Notes: generated by a model from the letters alone, not told the origin. Numbered from the stretch's first letter, positions 8,842 through 18,312 are shown. The stretch is 59,217 bases of DNA from Candidatus Woesearchaeota archaeon (GCA_043797205.1 JAZDQB010000014.1:1-59217), one strand, 5' to 3'. Translations and numbers: made by a program.

Positions 8842-9562
8842 GGGTTGGAAAGATAATTCTCCTGAATTAATGGTCAAATTATTAGGAGAAAGATCTTCAA
8901 CTATGGAAACAGAGCTGATTAGAAGAGTTATGGGGGAAACTGCACGTTACTCCGAGAAAACATGGAAAAGGGGTGCGGACAAATACGATGCGTTTGATAT
9001 CCACCATGAAATCTCATTACGAAAGAAACCTTTGCGTATCTTGGATGTTGGTTGTGGAGATGCATTTGTTTTTTCTGAATTGAAAAGTAAATATGGATTA
9101 GCGATAGAATGTTATGGAATTAGTGTGATGGAACACCCTCATTTGGAAGATATAAATTATTTAATCTGTCCAGCGGAGATTATGCCTCAAGAATGGGATA
9201 ATTTCTTTGATATTATATTAACACATCAGACATTTTGTTACATGATTAATCCAATTAGTGCTTTAGGAGAATGTGTTCGAGTACTTAAGAAAGGCGGTAT
9301 TTTTGGAGGATATATTGGAACTATTGATCACGAAAAAAGATTGTTTTATAATCCCAATTTATCCGATGAATTAAATCAAGAAGTAGAAAGAACTATCTCT
9401 TCGAATAGGGAAAGATATAATCATAACTTCAATAAAGTATTATCTGATTTCCCCTTTGGTTTTACTGCGGAAGTCTTGTATGGTCAAAAAGGTTTTCCTC
9501 ATAAGATATACCTGGTTAAAACAGACGAAGATAAGATTATCAAGGATTATATCTCCTACTAA
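8795..9562 (+). CDS. class I SAM-dependent methyltransferase
   Basis: Motif I ILDVGCGDAFVF and post-I/II segments are present. The start is uncertain, with alternative Mets at 8813 and 8870. Confidence 0.7.
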   Translation: MWRGLIMFINNLLTVKGWKDNSPELMVKLLGERSSTMETELIRRVMGETARYSEKTWKRGADKYDAFDIHHEISLRKKPLRILDVGCGDAFVFSELKSKYGLAIECYGISVMEHPHLEDINYLICPAEIMPQEWDNFFDIILTHQTFCYMINPISALGECVRVLKKGGIFGGYIGTIDHEKRLFYNPNLSDELNQEVERTISSNRERYNHNFNKVLSDFPFGFTAEVLYGQKGFPHKIYLVKTDEDKIIKDYISY

Positions 9563-9622
9563 TTTAATTCCAAGTCAATATTTAAAATTAGTGTGGTATT
9601 CTCAAACTTCGTTTACTTAGTT

Positions 9623-9889
9623 CTACCATTTAATCAAAGCTGATTCATAAATCTCTTTAGAAGTTCTTTCCATAAACACTACATCTTCACATTCTTTGAA
9701 CATCAGTTCTCCGTGCGAGTGTACTACGATTTCAATTCCATTTACTTTAATTACCAAAAGAATGGGTGTCTCCAGAATAGTTTCATATCTCTTACGAATC
9801 TTGAGCAGGTCCAGCTTTCCTTTCTGCTGCAATTTAGCCGAATAAGCTGCTCGAGTCTTGCATTTCCCTAAGGTGAATTTTATGGGCAT
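9623..9889 (-). CDS. hypothetical protein (88 aa)
   Basis: An ORF with no motif I recognise securely. It is an isolated minus-strand gene. Confidence 0.4.
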   Translation of the reverse strand: MPIKFTLGKCKTRAAYSAKLQQKGKLDLLKIRKRYETILETPILLVIKVNGIEIVVHSHGELMFKECEDVVFMERTSKEIYESALIKW

Positions 9890-9919
9890 AAGCTGTAAAA
9901 TGAATCTCCATTTAAAAAA

Positions 9920-11797
9920 TTAGCTAATTTCTACTTGAAAAGCGTAATCCTGATAGGGAGGGATAAGTCCTGGAAAAACAATCCATTCAAATTCTCCGTC
10001 ATTCCAGTGGAAGTTATTGTTAGTGAGGGGATCGCTACCATAAATATTCAAAAAGTTACTTATCTTAATGTTTTGGTTCATCGTGCGAGGAATTTTAACT
10101 AGGCAAGCACTCCCTGAATTAAGGAAATGATTTACACTATCATAAGAACTAATTATTACAAAATTATTGTTCTCCGTAGTAGAGTTAAACATAATCGTAA
10201 CATCGTAGAGGTAAGTGTTATTTTTTAAAGAAGGGACTATCTTCTTGATGCAAGTATTAACCTCTTCTTTCTTTTTAGAAACTTTGAGGGCAGGATCGCC
10301 AAACAACACCCAATAACTCATTTGAATATCAACATATTTCTTGGTGAATGGATCCGTTATTAATGAATCAATAAGAGAATATTTATTTTTATATTCCTTT
10401 AAAGCAATTCCTATACTCTCTGAATGAAGCAGAGATTCAGAAATAAGTTCGTTTTCGGGGAAGAAACTACTAGAAGCAATAACTCCTTCCCCGATATAAG
10501 ATAATGCTCCCGACTTAAGGTAGGATAAGGCGATGGAGGTGTTAATTTCTCCTTTAATTTCATAATCTTCTCCTGTCGAGAGGATCGAATTAAAAAGGGG
10601 TTCCTTGTTGTTCGGTACTCCATTAATTCTAATCGTAATACAAGAATCAGCTATCAACAATGCGGCATTAGTCTTGAAAGGTATTTCTTGGTAGAATGTC
10701 CCGCTCGTGCAACCGAATCCACCATTAGTATTGTTTCCTCCCTCCTGAAAACACTTTTCTTCCTCGACATCATACTCTTCTGGTTTGAATATTCCGATAA
10801 ATTCATTTTTACAACTGCAATTAATTGCTTCTCCGTCGTCTTTCATCCCGATAGCTCCGCTTAAGTTTCCTTTGATATATTCATTTCCTGAAAAAAACAT
10901 TTTGTCGGGCTGACCATGAACATTAAACCATAAAACTTGGTTGTCTTGACTATACTGAATCACTTTATCCATGGTGTGTTCCTCGACACCTACTTCCTCA
11001 CAGGTATAACTAGCAAAACCAACATCCGTATTTATACATCCTACCTTAATATTTAAAGAAGTACCACTAAATTTATTTAGCAATTCATTTTTTCGAAGTG
11101 GCATATAGATAGAGAAATCTTCGGGGGTTTTGTAGGCAAGAATTCGGTTAACATATTCGTAAGCGTCAGCTTCATTAAAGGAAGTAATAACTCCATAAGC
11201 AACGTCCAGAAAAATATCCGAATCAATTTCTCTTAATTTATGATCCAAATTGAACAGGAAATCTGGATTTAACTCTTCTGGAGCAGCTACCATCGCAAGA
11301 TATTTTGGTTTGTTTGATTTTAATTTGTTCAATAAATCGTTCAAATCAATATACTTAATCAATTGAGCTTTCTTACCTGCTGTAAAGACTTCTGCTACTT
11401 TAGAAAAATTTGATCCTTCTTTTACTGCTACGATATACTTCTCTGGTGCGCAGCGGGAATTTTCACAAGAAAAACCAGCAGGGCAATTTTTAGAGAGGCT
11501 AAGAATATTTTTATTCCTGCTGCAATAGAATTCCATGACCTGGCTGGAATCAATGCAATAATCCGACTTAACGGCAAATTTTCCGTTGAACATACCGCGA
11601 GTAGTTCCCGCTTTGTCTAAGATAATCCCATTATCCGAATCCACACATTTAGATTCGTCCCAAGCGGGAAGAATTTTGATGCTGTTAGTAGGAATAGCCG
11701 GCCTAAAAGCCATTCCGGTAGGATTAACAAAAACTAAAGAAAAAACTCCTATCAGAATTAAGAATATCGCCGCAAATCCTATCACCACTAGTTTCAT
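9920..11797 (-). CDS. secreted or anchored protein with a possible clan CD (gingipain/caspase-fold) peptidase core
   Basis: The N-terminal TM is MKLVVIGFAAIFLILIGVFSLVFV. A His-Gly follows a hydrophobic strand (VLWFNVHGQPD) and a Cys follows a hydrophobic strand ~85 aa later (ALLIADSCIT). Confidence 0.4.
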   Translation of the reverse strand: MKLVVIGFAAIFLILIGVFSLVFVNPTGMAFRPAIPTNSIKILPAWDESKCVDSDNGIILDKAGTTRGMFNGKFAVKSDYCIDSSQVMEFYCSRNKNILSLSKNCPAGFSCENSRCAPEKYIVAVKEGSNFSKVAEVFTAGKKAQLIKYIDLNDLLNKLKSNKPKYLAMVAAPEELNPDFLFNLDHKLREIDSDIFLDVAYGVITSFNEADAYEYVNRILAYKTPEDFSIYMPLRKNELLNKFSGTSLNIKVGCINTDVGFASYTCEEVGVEEHTMDKVIQYSQDNQVLWFNVHGQPDKMFFSGNEYIKGNLSGAIGMKDDGEAINCSCKNEFIGIFKPEEYDVEEEKCFQEGGNNTNGGFGCTSGTFYQEIPFKTNAALLIADSCITIRINGVPNNKEPLFNSILSTGEDYEIKGEINTSIALSYLKSGALSYIGEGVIASSSFFPENELISESLLHSESIGIALKEYKNKYSLIDSLITDPFTKKYVDIQMSYWVLFGDPALKVSKKKEEVNTCIKKIVPSLKNNTYLYDVTIMFNSTTENNNFVIISSYDSVNHFLNSGSACLVKIPRTMNQNIKISNFLNIYGSDPLTNNNFHWNDGEFEWIVFPGLIPPYQDYAFQVEIS

Positions 11798-11875
11798 ATC
11801 CCAAGAAGACCTCTTTTGATATATAAAGTCTGCGCTTCCAATAAATATTTAAACCAGCAATTCCGAGGTATAATT

Positions 11876-12982
11876 ATGGCTGGAATTACCGAATATCTCA
11901 CTCAAGGCAGCAGGATCTTCTTGACCAGCTGGAAGAATAGGATTAAACCTAACGAGTATGCTGGGAATGCCCAGCAGATCTGCCGCAAGATTGTGAAAGA
12001 CTGCTGGAACGGGCAGTATTTTCAGGCTTCTACCAATAACTTTGCGCAATTCTGGACGCGAGATTTCGGCTGGTGCACTGCTTCTTTAATTAAATTAGGC
12101 TATGAAGCGGAAGTTAAACAAACTTTAAAATACGCTTTAAACCGCTTTCTGGAAGCAGAAAAGATTACTACTACTATCACTCCGAAAGGCAAACCGTTTG
12201 ATTTTCCCAATCGGGCCGTAGATTCCATTCCCTGGCTGATTCATAGTATCAAGATCTCACATTTTTATTTCGGAAACTATCGCGATTTTCTGAATCAGCA
12301 GATTCAGCAGCTGTTTGATGAGGTGGTCAATGCTCAGACCGGATTAGTAAAACAAAATGTTCATGCTTCTTCCATGAAGGATTTTTCTGTGCGGCAAAGC
12401 TCTTGTTATGATAATTGTATGATTGCTTTACTGGCTAAAGATTTACAAGGGATGACTGGATTACTGAATCCGTTTAAAGATTACAATTATCCTAAACTGA
12501 TTGAGAAGAACTTCTGGAACGGAACTTATTTTTACGACGACTTAACTAAACAAGAATATGTGGCCGGAGATGCCAACATTTTTCCATTCGTGTTGGGCGT
12601 AGTTACGGATGAAGATAAATTGCGTTCGGTGTTGAACATGATTCAAGTAGCCGGACTGGATAAGCCATTGCCGTTAAAGTATACCGCCAATCGTCAGGGA
12701 GTAAGGTTCATCATGCAAGAATATTTCTTACGCAATTACGAATCCAATACTATTTGGACGCATATGGGTCCATTGTACATCAAACTGATGCAGAAACTGG
12801 ACAAATGGATGGCTGAAGAGTATGAAAAGAAGTATACGCAGCTGATTGAAAAATATTTGAGTTATCCGGAAGTATTGACAGTGGTGGGAGAAGGAGAAAA
12901 AATGGAAGTAAAGCCTTTTAAGACTCCTTTCTACACCTGTGATCGGGGCATGTTGTGGGCAGCGAATTATTTGACCCTATAA
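11876..12982 (+). CDS. (alpha/alpha)6-barrel glycoside-hydrolase-like protein (debranching/GH63-like)
   Basis: The FWTRDFGW motif and overall helical composition fit this fold. The start was moved to MAGITEYL (11876), ~25 nt downstream of the TATA-like aataaatattta. Confidence 0.45.
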   Translation: MAGITEYLTQGSRIFLTSWKNRIKPNEYAGNAQQICRKIVKDCWNGQYFQASTNNFAQFWTRDFGWCTASLIKLGYEAEVKQTLKYALNRFLEAEKITTTITPKGKPFDFPNRAVDSIPWLIHSIKISHFYFGNYRDFLNQQIQQLFDEVVNAQTGLVKQNVHASSMKDFSVRQSSCYDNCMIALLAKDLQGMTGLLNPFKDYNYPKLIEKNFWNGTYFYDDLTKQEYVAGDANIFPFVLGVVTDEDKLRSVLNMIQVAGLDKPLPLKYTANRQGVRFIMQEYFLRNYESNTIWTHMGPLYIKLMQKLDKWMAEEYEKKYTQLIEKYLSYPEVLTVVGEGEKMEVKPFKTPFYTCDRGMLWAANYLTL

Positions 12983-13021
12983 TTAGTTAAAATTACTTAT
13001 TCTTAAAATTATTATTTAATT

Positions 13022-13801
13022 CTATTCCAATAAGGTCATCGCTAGCATCAATCCGATTCCCAGCAGCATGAACAAAAAGGGCCAGATGGATTTCTGCCAG
13101 AAGGTTTCTTTGGTATTACATTCTCGATGTAATTCTGGAATTAAATCTGAACTAGCGATATAAATAAATCCGCCAATAGCGAAAGGAATGATTAAAGAGA
13201 TAAAATTTTGGGAATAACTGCCCCATACTAAACCGATGACCGCTCCGATTACGGCAATCAAAGCGGAAAGAAAATTCATTAACAAGGCCTTACCTTTTGA
13301 CCATCCGGAATACAATAATACTCCAAAGTCGCCAATCTCTTGAGGAACTTCATGCAGAACTACAGCAATAGTGGTAGCGATTCCAGTAGGAATACTGACC
13401 AAGTAACTGGTAGCGATAATAATTCCGTCCATGAGATTGTGCACACCATCACCAATAAGGTTCATCGTAGCGAGATGATGGGGATGTCCTTCATGAGTAG
13501 CATGATGACAATGACGCCAATGCACAAATTTTTCCACAAGGAAAAACAACAAAATTCCACCAATAATGGCTAGAGCAGTAGTGGTAGTAAACCCTTTTTC
13601 TTCGATAGCTTCGGGAAGAAGATGCAAGAATGCTCCTCCTAATAGCGATCCAGCAGATAAGCTCACTAATAATAATAAGAATCGATCCAACTTTTCTTGC
13701 TTAAATAATAAGGATATTACTCCTACTAAAGACATCAAGGAGACGATAATGACACTAGCAAAAGTGTAAAGGATGATGGAATACATTCTTAATAACCTCA
13801 A
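13022..13801 (-). CDS. ZIP family divalent metal transporter (ZupT-like)
   Basis: HEVPQEIGDFGVL signature, the His-rich loop HCHHATHEGHPHH, and multiple TM helices. Confidence 0.85.
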   Translation of the reverse strand: MRLLRMYSIILYTFASVIIVSLMSLVGVISLLFKQEKLDRFLLLLVSLSAGSLLGGAFLHLLPEAIEEKGFTTTTALAIIGGILLFFLVEKFVHWRHCHHATHEGHPHHLATMNLIGDGVHNLMDGIIIATSYLVSIPTGIATTIAVVLHEVPQEIGDFGVLLYSGWSKGKALLMNFLSALIAVIGAVIGLVWGSYSQNFISLIIPFAIGGFIYIASSDLIPELHRECNTKETFWQKSIWPFLFMLLGIGLMLAMTLLE

Positions 13802-13861
13802 CTGTTATTTTTGATTAAATGTCCTTTACTTTAAATACTTTACTAACTTTTTTAGAAAAGT

Positions 13862-13877
13862 TTAATAACTTTATTAA
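13862..13877. promoter_or_regulatory. inverted repeat TTAATAA-CT-TTATTAA in the divergent ZIP/NikR intergenic region (candidate operator)
   Basis: A perfect 7-nt arm palindrome read directly from the sequence. It is AT-rich, so chance occurrence is possible. Confidence 0.25.
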
Positions 13878-13918
13878 TTTTTAAGGATGAATGTTAATAA
13901 CCATAATGAGGATTTAAG

Positions 13919-14311
13919 ATGCCGATCATCAGCTTATCTTTAAATGAAAAAATCGTAGAAGACATTAATTATATACAAAAAAAGCAAGGTTATTCTGGTA
14001 GAAGCGAAGTTGTTCGCTCGGCTATTCGCTCTTTTATTTCTGATACGGAAAAAGATGTTCTGTTGGACAAGAATGATAACTTTCATGCTACTCTTTCTGT
14101 AATTGTTCCGGAACATAGTAAAAATGTCTTGCATCAAGTAGAACATGAATACAACAGTTTGATTAAGACCAGAATTCACCAGTGTATCTCTGAGGAAAGT
14201 TGTCTAAATGTATTTATCTTATTCGGAAAAGGGAGTGAGATTAAACGATTGGTAAAAGAATTGGAATCACTTCCAAAAGTAGAGAATGTGAAGTTGTTTC
14301 TGGCGAGATAG
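13919..14311 (+). CDS. nikR: NikR-family ribbon-helix-helix metal-responsive regulator
   Basis: N-terminal RHH (ISLSLNEKIVEDINYI..GYSGRSEVVRSAIRSFI). The C-terminal domain has the IHQCISEESCLNVFILFG pattern typical of the NikR metal-binding domain. Confidence 0.75.
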   Translation: MPIISLSLNEKIVEDINYIQKKQGYSGRSEVVRSAIRSFISDTEKDVLLDKNDNFHATLSVIVPEHSKNVLHQVEHEYNSLIKTRIHQCISEESCLNVFILFGKGSEIKRLVKELESLPKVENVKLFLAR

Positions 14312-14340
14312 GATTATTCTGGTGTAGGTCTCCAGTTCTC

Positions 14341-14457
14341 TTAAGCTTTTAATCCGTATCTTTTAGCAAAATTATCCACTTTGATGCTTTTCTGTTTCTT
14401 GATCTCTTCCATCTTTTGAATGAATTCCGGGCGAAGCTCCTTTTTTTCTTTAATCAT
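14341..14457 (-). CDS. small ORF (38 aa), hypothetical
   Basis: Hand translation gives MIKEKKELRPEFIQKMEEIKKQKSIKVDNFAKRYGLKA, which is below the track length cutoff. It sits 20 nt downstream of the NnrE gene on the same strand. Confidence 0.25.
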   Translation of the reverse strand: MIKEKKELRPEFIQKMEEIKKQKSIKVDNFAKRYGLKA

Positions 14458-14477
14458 TGATTTTATACCTTCCAATC

Positions 14478-15104
14478 TCACTTCTTCGGTATTCCCACAT
14501 CCACAACCACACATTTCTTCTGCATCTTCTCTAAGCCCACTTTTAAATCGTGAAAGGTAACAATCAAATCGCTCTCACAGCACTTCTCGGCTACTTCTCC
14601 CGTATCCGCATTCATACCAGAAGGAACATCTACGGAAACTTTTTGTCCAGGGATAGAATTGTACATATCAATAGCAGAACTAAGCGGTTCTCTTACTATT
14701 CCTTTAATTCCAATTCCCAACAGAGCGTCCACTAACACAAACTCCAAATGTTTTTGCAGTTTAAATTTTCCCATTTCTTCTTTACTATGAATGCAAATGA
14801 TATTTACTTCTTTCTTGATGCGATTATAATTGTCCAAGGATTCTTCGCTAAGGTTATCTTTGTCTCCGAACAGGAAGATGATTACAGGATGATTGTTCTC
14901 ATGGAAATAACGTGCTGCCACTAATCCGTCTCCACCATTATTGCCTGGGCCGCAAAAGAGTACGATTCTTTTTCCACTCAAATCAAACCTTTTAATCGTT
15001 TCTTTATACGCTCCACGTCCGGCATTTTCCATCATTTTAGCTAGAGAAATATCTTTACTTAAAGCGAAAAGTTCCAGTTCTTTCATCTGTTGAGAAGTGA
15101 TCAT
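14478..15104 (-). CDS. NAD(P)H-hydrate epimerase (YjeF N-terminal domain, NnrE)
   Basis: GPGNNGGDGLVAARYF motif in a 208 aa protein. Confidence 0.8.
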   Translation of the reverse strand: MITSQQMKELELFALSKDISLAKMMENAGRGAYKETIKRFDLSGKRIVLFCGPGNNGGDGLVAARYFHENNHPVIIFLFGDKDNLSEESLDNYNRIKKEVNIICIHSKEEMGKFKLQKHLEFVLVDALLGIGIKGIVREPLSSAIDMYNSIPGQKVSVDVPSGMNADTGEVAEKCCESDLIVTFHDLKVGLEKMQKKCVVVDVGIPKK

Positions 15105-15174
15105 TTGGTATTCTTAATCTCTAATCTATATCCCAGAGAACAAGTTTTATAAATTTTGTGGCTTTCTGTTAACT

Positions 15175-16998
15175 ATGCACAGCGATAGAAGGTGTTCTAA
15201 ACAAAAAGTGGACTTGAAGTATACGCTGAAAGTATTTTGGAGTTTTGTTAGAAAATATCGCTGGTTGTTCTATGGAATAATTTTTATGATGTTTCTTAAC
15301 GAGTTAGTGCACTTCTTTGATAATTTCCTATTCAAGTATTTGATTGATAAAGCCACCTTATTCAATAAAGGACAAATAGATATAACTACTTTTAGTTCAG
15401 TAGTGTTAATCGCTCTGGGAGTGTACTTAGGAGTAAAATTAGTGGGAGCAGTGATTTGGTTCTTTACTTTTAAATTCATTAATCGCTTGGAATCCAAGGT
15501 AATGAACGATATTGAAAATAAATCTTTTTGGCACATCATTAATTTGTCTTACCGTTTTCATATTAATAAAAGAACCGGCTCGTTAATCTCTAAATTTACT
15601 CGCGGAGTAAGCAAGGTGGAAAGTTTTACTGATGCAGTTATTTTTAATTTTGCTCCTTCCATTTTTCGTTTAATTTTATCTTTTGGAGTGGTGTTTTATC
15701 TGGATATTCCTACAGCTATTGCTTTGATGATTATGTGCGTGGTGTTTGTGCTGATGGGAATCATTGCTACCAGTTTGCAAAGAGTTTCGCAGGATCAAGC
15801 TAACGACAGCGAAGATGAACTTAAACATAATCTTAGCGATGTTTTTATCAACATCGAGACGGTGAAATATTTTGCTAAAGAAGAATTGACGCATAATTAT
15901 TTCAGCCGGCTTTCACAGAAATTAAAAGATGCGCGCCGGCATTTTTGGGATTATTTTTCCTGGTATTTCGCTTTGGAAGCTATAATCTTTGCTTTTGGAT
16001 TTGTAGCCATCTTTTATCTAAGTTTTTCCAGTTTCCGAGCGGGAAAGATTGGTTTAGGAGATATTACTTTGATTTACACGGCTGTACTTACTTTAATCCC
16101 ACAATTATTCAGCTTGATGCATGGGTATCGTAATTTTATACGTAGCAGCGTGGACGTGAGCGATTTATTTGCTATGTTCAAAGAGGAGAATGAAGTAAAA
16201 GATGTAGAGAAGGCTCCTGGATTAAAAGTGGGAAGCGGAGAAATTGAATTTAACGATGTTTGTTTCTCTTATCCTCGGGGGTGGATCAAAAAAAGGTTAG
16301 ATCAGGATGTGCTAATCCGCAACTTTAGTCTTTTCATCCACCAAAATACCAAAGTAGCGATCGTGGGACCTTCCGGCAGCGGTAAGACTACCATTGTCAA
16401 ACTATTATATCGTCTGTTCGACTTAAATTCCGGAGAGATAAAGATTGATGGACAGGATATTAGTCATGTTACACAAGAATCCTTGCGTGATAGCATGAGT
16501 ATCGTTCCGCAGGAACCATTGTTGTTCAATAATACTATTTATTTTAATGTCGCTTATGCTCATCCTAAAGCTTCGGAGAAAGAAGTGTGGAAGGCGATTA
16601 AAATGGCTAGACTTGATACCTTGATTAATCGTTTGCCTCAAAAAGAGAAAACGGAAATCGGAGAAAGAGGAGTTAAATTATCGGGGGGAGAGAAGCAGAG
16701 AATCTCTATTGCTCGCGCTTTACTGGCCAATAAAAAGATTTTAGTGCTGGACGAAGCTACTTCTTCTTTAGATTCGGAGACGGAACGGGAGATTCAGAAA
16801 GATTTGGACGTGTTGATGCTAAATAGAACTACAATCATGATCGCTCATCGCTTATCTACTATTATGAATGCGGATTTGATTGTAGTGTTAGACCAAGGAA
16901 AAGTAGTAGAAATGGGCACACATCAACAGTTGTTGAAGTTGAAGAAAGGTCTTTATCGCCGCTTGTGGGAGATTCAGCAGGGATTAAGGGAGAGATAA
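15175..16998 (+). CDS. ABC exporter, fused permease/ATPase (MsbA/MdlB type)
   Basis: A six-helix TMD is followed by Walker A GPSGSGKTT, signature LSGGEKQR and Walker B ILVLDEATS. Confidence 0.9.
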   Translation: MHSDRRCSKQKVDLKYTLKVFWSFVRKYRWLFYGIIFMMFLNELVHFFDNFLFKYLIDKATLFNKGQIDITTFSSVVLIALGVYLGVKLVGAVIWFFTFKFINRLESKVMNDIENKSFWHIINLSYRFHINKRTGSLISKFTRGVSKVESFTDAVIFNFAPSIFRLILSFGVVFYLDIPTAIALMIMCVVFVLMGIIATSLQRVSQDQANDSEDELKHNLSDVFINIETVKYFAKEELTHNYFSRLSQKLKDARRHFWDYFSWYFALEAIIFAFGFVAIFYLSFSSFRAGKIGLGDITLIYTAVLTLIPQLFSLMHGYRNFIRSSVDVSDLFAMFKEENEVKDVEKAPGLKVGSGEIEFNDVCFSYPRGWIKKRLDQDVLIRNFSLFIHQNTKVAIVGPSGSGKTTIVKLLYRLFDLNSGEIKIDGQDISHVTQESLRDSMSIVPQEPLLFNNTIYFNVAYAHPKASEKEVWKAIKMARLDTLINRLPQKEKTEIGERGVKLSGGEKQRISIARALLANKKILVLDEATSSLDSETEREIQKDLDVLMLNRTTIMIAHRLSTIMNADLIVVLDQGKVVEMGTHQQLLKLKKGLYRRLWEIQQGLRER

Positions 16999-17020
16999 CT
17001 CATTATTCTTGGCTCAAAAT

Positions 17021-17183
17021 CGGCGGCACTATTTTTTGTGAGTGATGGCAAGGCCAAGATGTTTGCGAGGCTGAACGAATTTTAATTGAAAATTAGGTTA
17101 AAATTTACCAAAATACTTTAGTTGCGATAAATTTTCCGAGCAAACGGCCCACCATCACTCCCTTTTTGGATTGTGCCAAACCG
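17021..17183. repeat. long imperfect intergenic hairpin (~160 nt)
   Basis: Paired segments are GAGTGATGG (17040-48)/CCATCACTC (17152-60), GGCC/GGCC, GTTTGC/GCAAAC and an outer GGCAC/GTGCC, with an AT-rich apical loop. Confidence 0.5.
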
Positions 17184-17295
17184 GCAGAAGATTTATAAGG
17201 GATTAAGGGATATTTAATTGGTATCAGGGTGGATTAATGCTGGATAAGAATAAGGCAAAAGAGGAATTGAAGAGATTAATTGAGGAGAGCTTGAA

Positions 17296-18312
17296 ATGAA
17301 ACTCTTCAACCGTCCGTCAAACGATTACCAGCAATTTCTTATTGAAATCAAGCAAAGAATCAGAAATGCTCAGTATTCTGCACTAAAGGTAGTAAATCAG
17401 GAATTAATTAATTTATATTGGGATATTGGCAAGAAAATTGTTGAAAAACAGGATTGGGGCAAAGCTATTGTAGAAACGTTAGCTAAAGATTTACAGATAG
17501 AATATCCTGAAATAAAAGGGTTTTCCTCAGCAAATCTTTGGAGAATGAGGAATTTTTATCTAAACTATAAAGATAATGAAAAACTCGCACCACTGGTGCG
17601 AGAAATAAGTTGGGTGAAAAACATCATTATAATGGAAAAATGTAAAGATGCCCTAGAGAGAGAATTTTATATTAAAATTACTCGAAAATTTGGCTGGACA
17701 AAAAATGTTTTAATCCACCAAATGGAGAATAAATCTTATGAAAAATATCTTCTTAACCAAACTAACTTTGATCAGACAGTCCCAATTAAATATCAGAACC
17801 AAGCTAAATTAGCCGTAAAAGATGAGTACATTTTTGATTTTCTGGAACTGGGAGAAGAACATTCTGAAAAAGAGATGGAAAATGCGCTGGTTGATAAAAT
17901 AAAGAGTTTCTTATCGGAAATGGGAGATTATTTTTGTTTTATTGGAAGCCAATATCGGATAGAAGTAGATGATGAGGAATATTTTATTGATTTGCTGTTA
18001 TATCATCGAAAATTAAGAAGTCTGGTCGCAATTGAATTAAAAATAGGCAAGTTCAAGCCAGAGTATGCTGGAAAAATGCAGTTCTATCTTTCAGCTTTGG
18101 ACAGCCGGATGAAGCTGGAGGAGGAGAATGCTTCCATAGGTATTATTATTTGTAAAGAAAAGAGGAGGACAACAGTGGAATATGCTTTGCGTGATGCCAA
18201 GAAGCCAATAGGTGTTGCTACGTATAAAATAACCTCTTTACTACCCAAAGAGCTGATGAAGTATTTGCCATCTAAGGAAGATATAGAAAAACGGCTTAGT
18301 GATTTAATATGA
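17296..18312 (+). CDS. DUF1016/YhcG-like PD-(D/E)XK nuclease family protein
   Basis: The N-terminal segment LINLYWDIGKKIVE..WGKAIVETLAKDL and the C-terminal core FIDLLLYHRKLRSLVAIELKIGKFKPEYAGKMQFYL are present. Confidence 0.8.
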   Translation: MKLFNRPSNDYQQFLIEIKQRIRNAQYSALKVVNQELINLYWDIGKKIVEKQDWGKAIVETLAKDLQIEYPEIKGFSSANLWRMRNFYLNYKDNEKLAPLVREISWVKNIIIMEKCKDALEREFYIKITRKFGWTKNVLIHQMENKSYEKYLLNQTNFDQTVPIKYQNQAKLAVKDEYIFDFLELGEEHSEKEMENALVDKIKSFLSEMGDYFCFIGSQYRIEVDDEEYFIDLLLYHRKLRSLVAIELKIGKFKPEYAGKMQFYLSALDSRMKLEEENASIGIIICKEKRRTTVEYALRDAKKPIGVATYKITSLLPKELMKYLPSKEDIEKRLSDLI

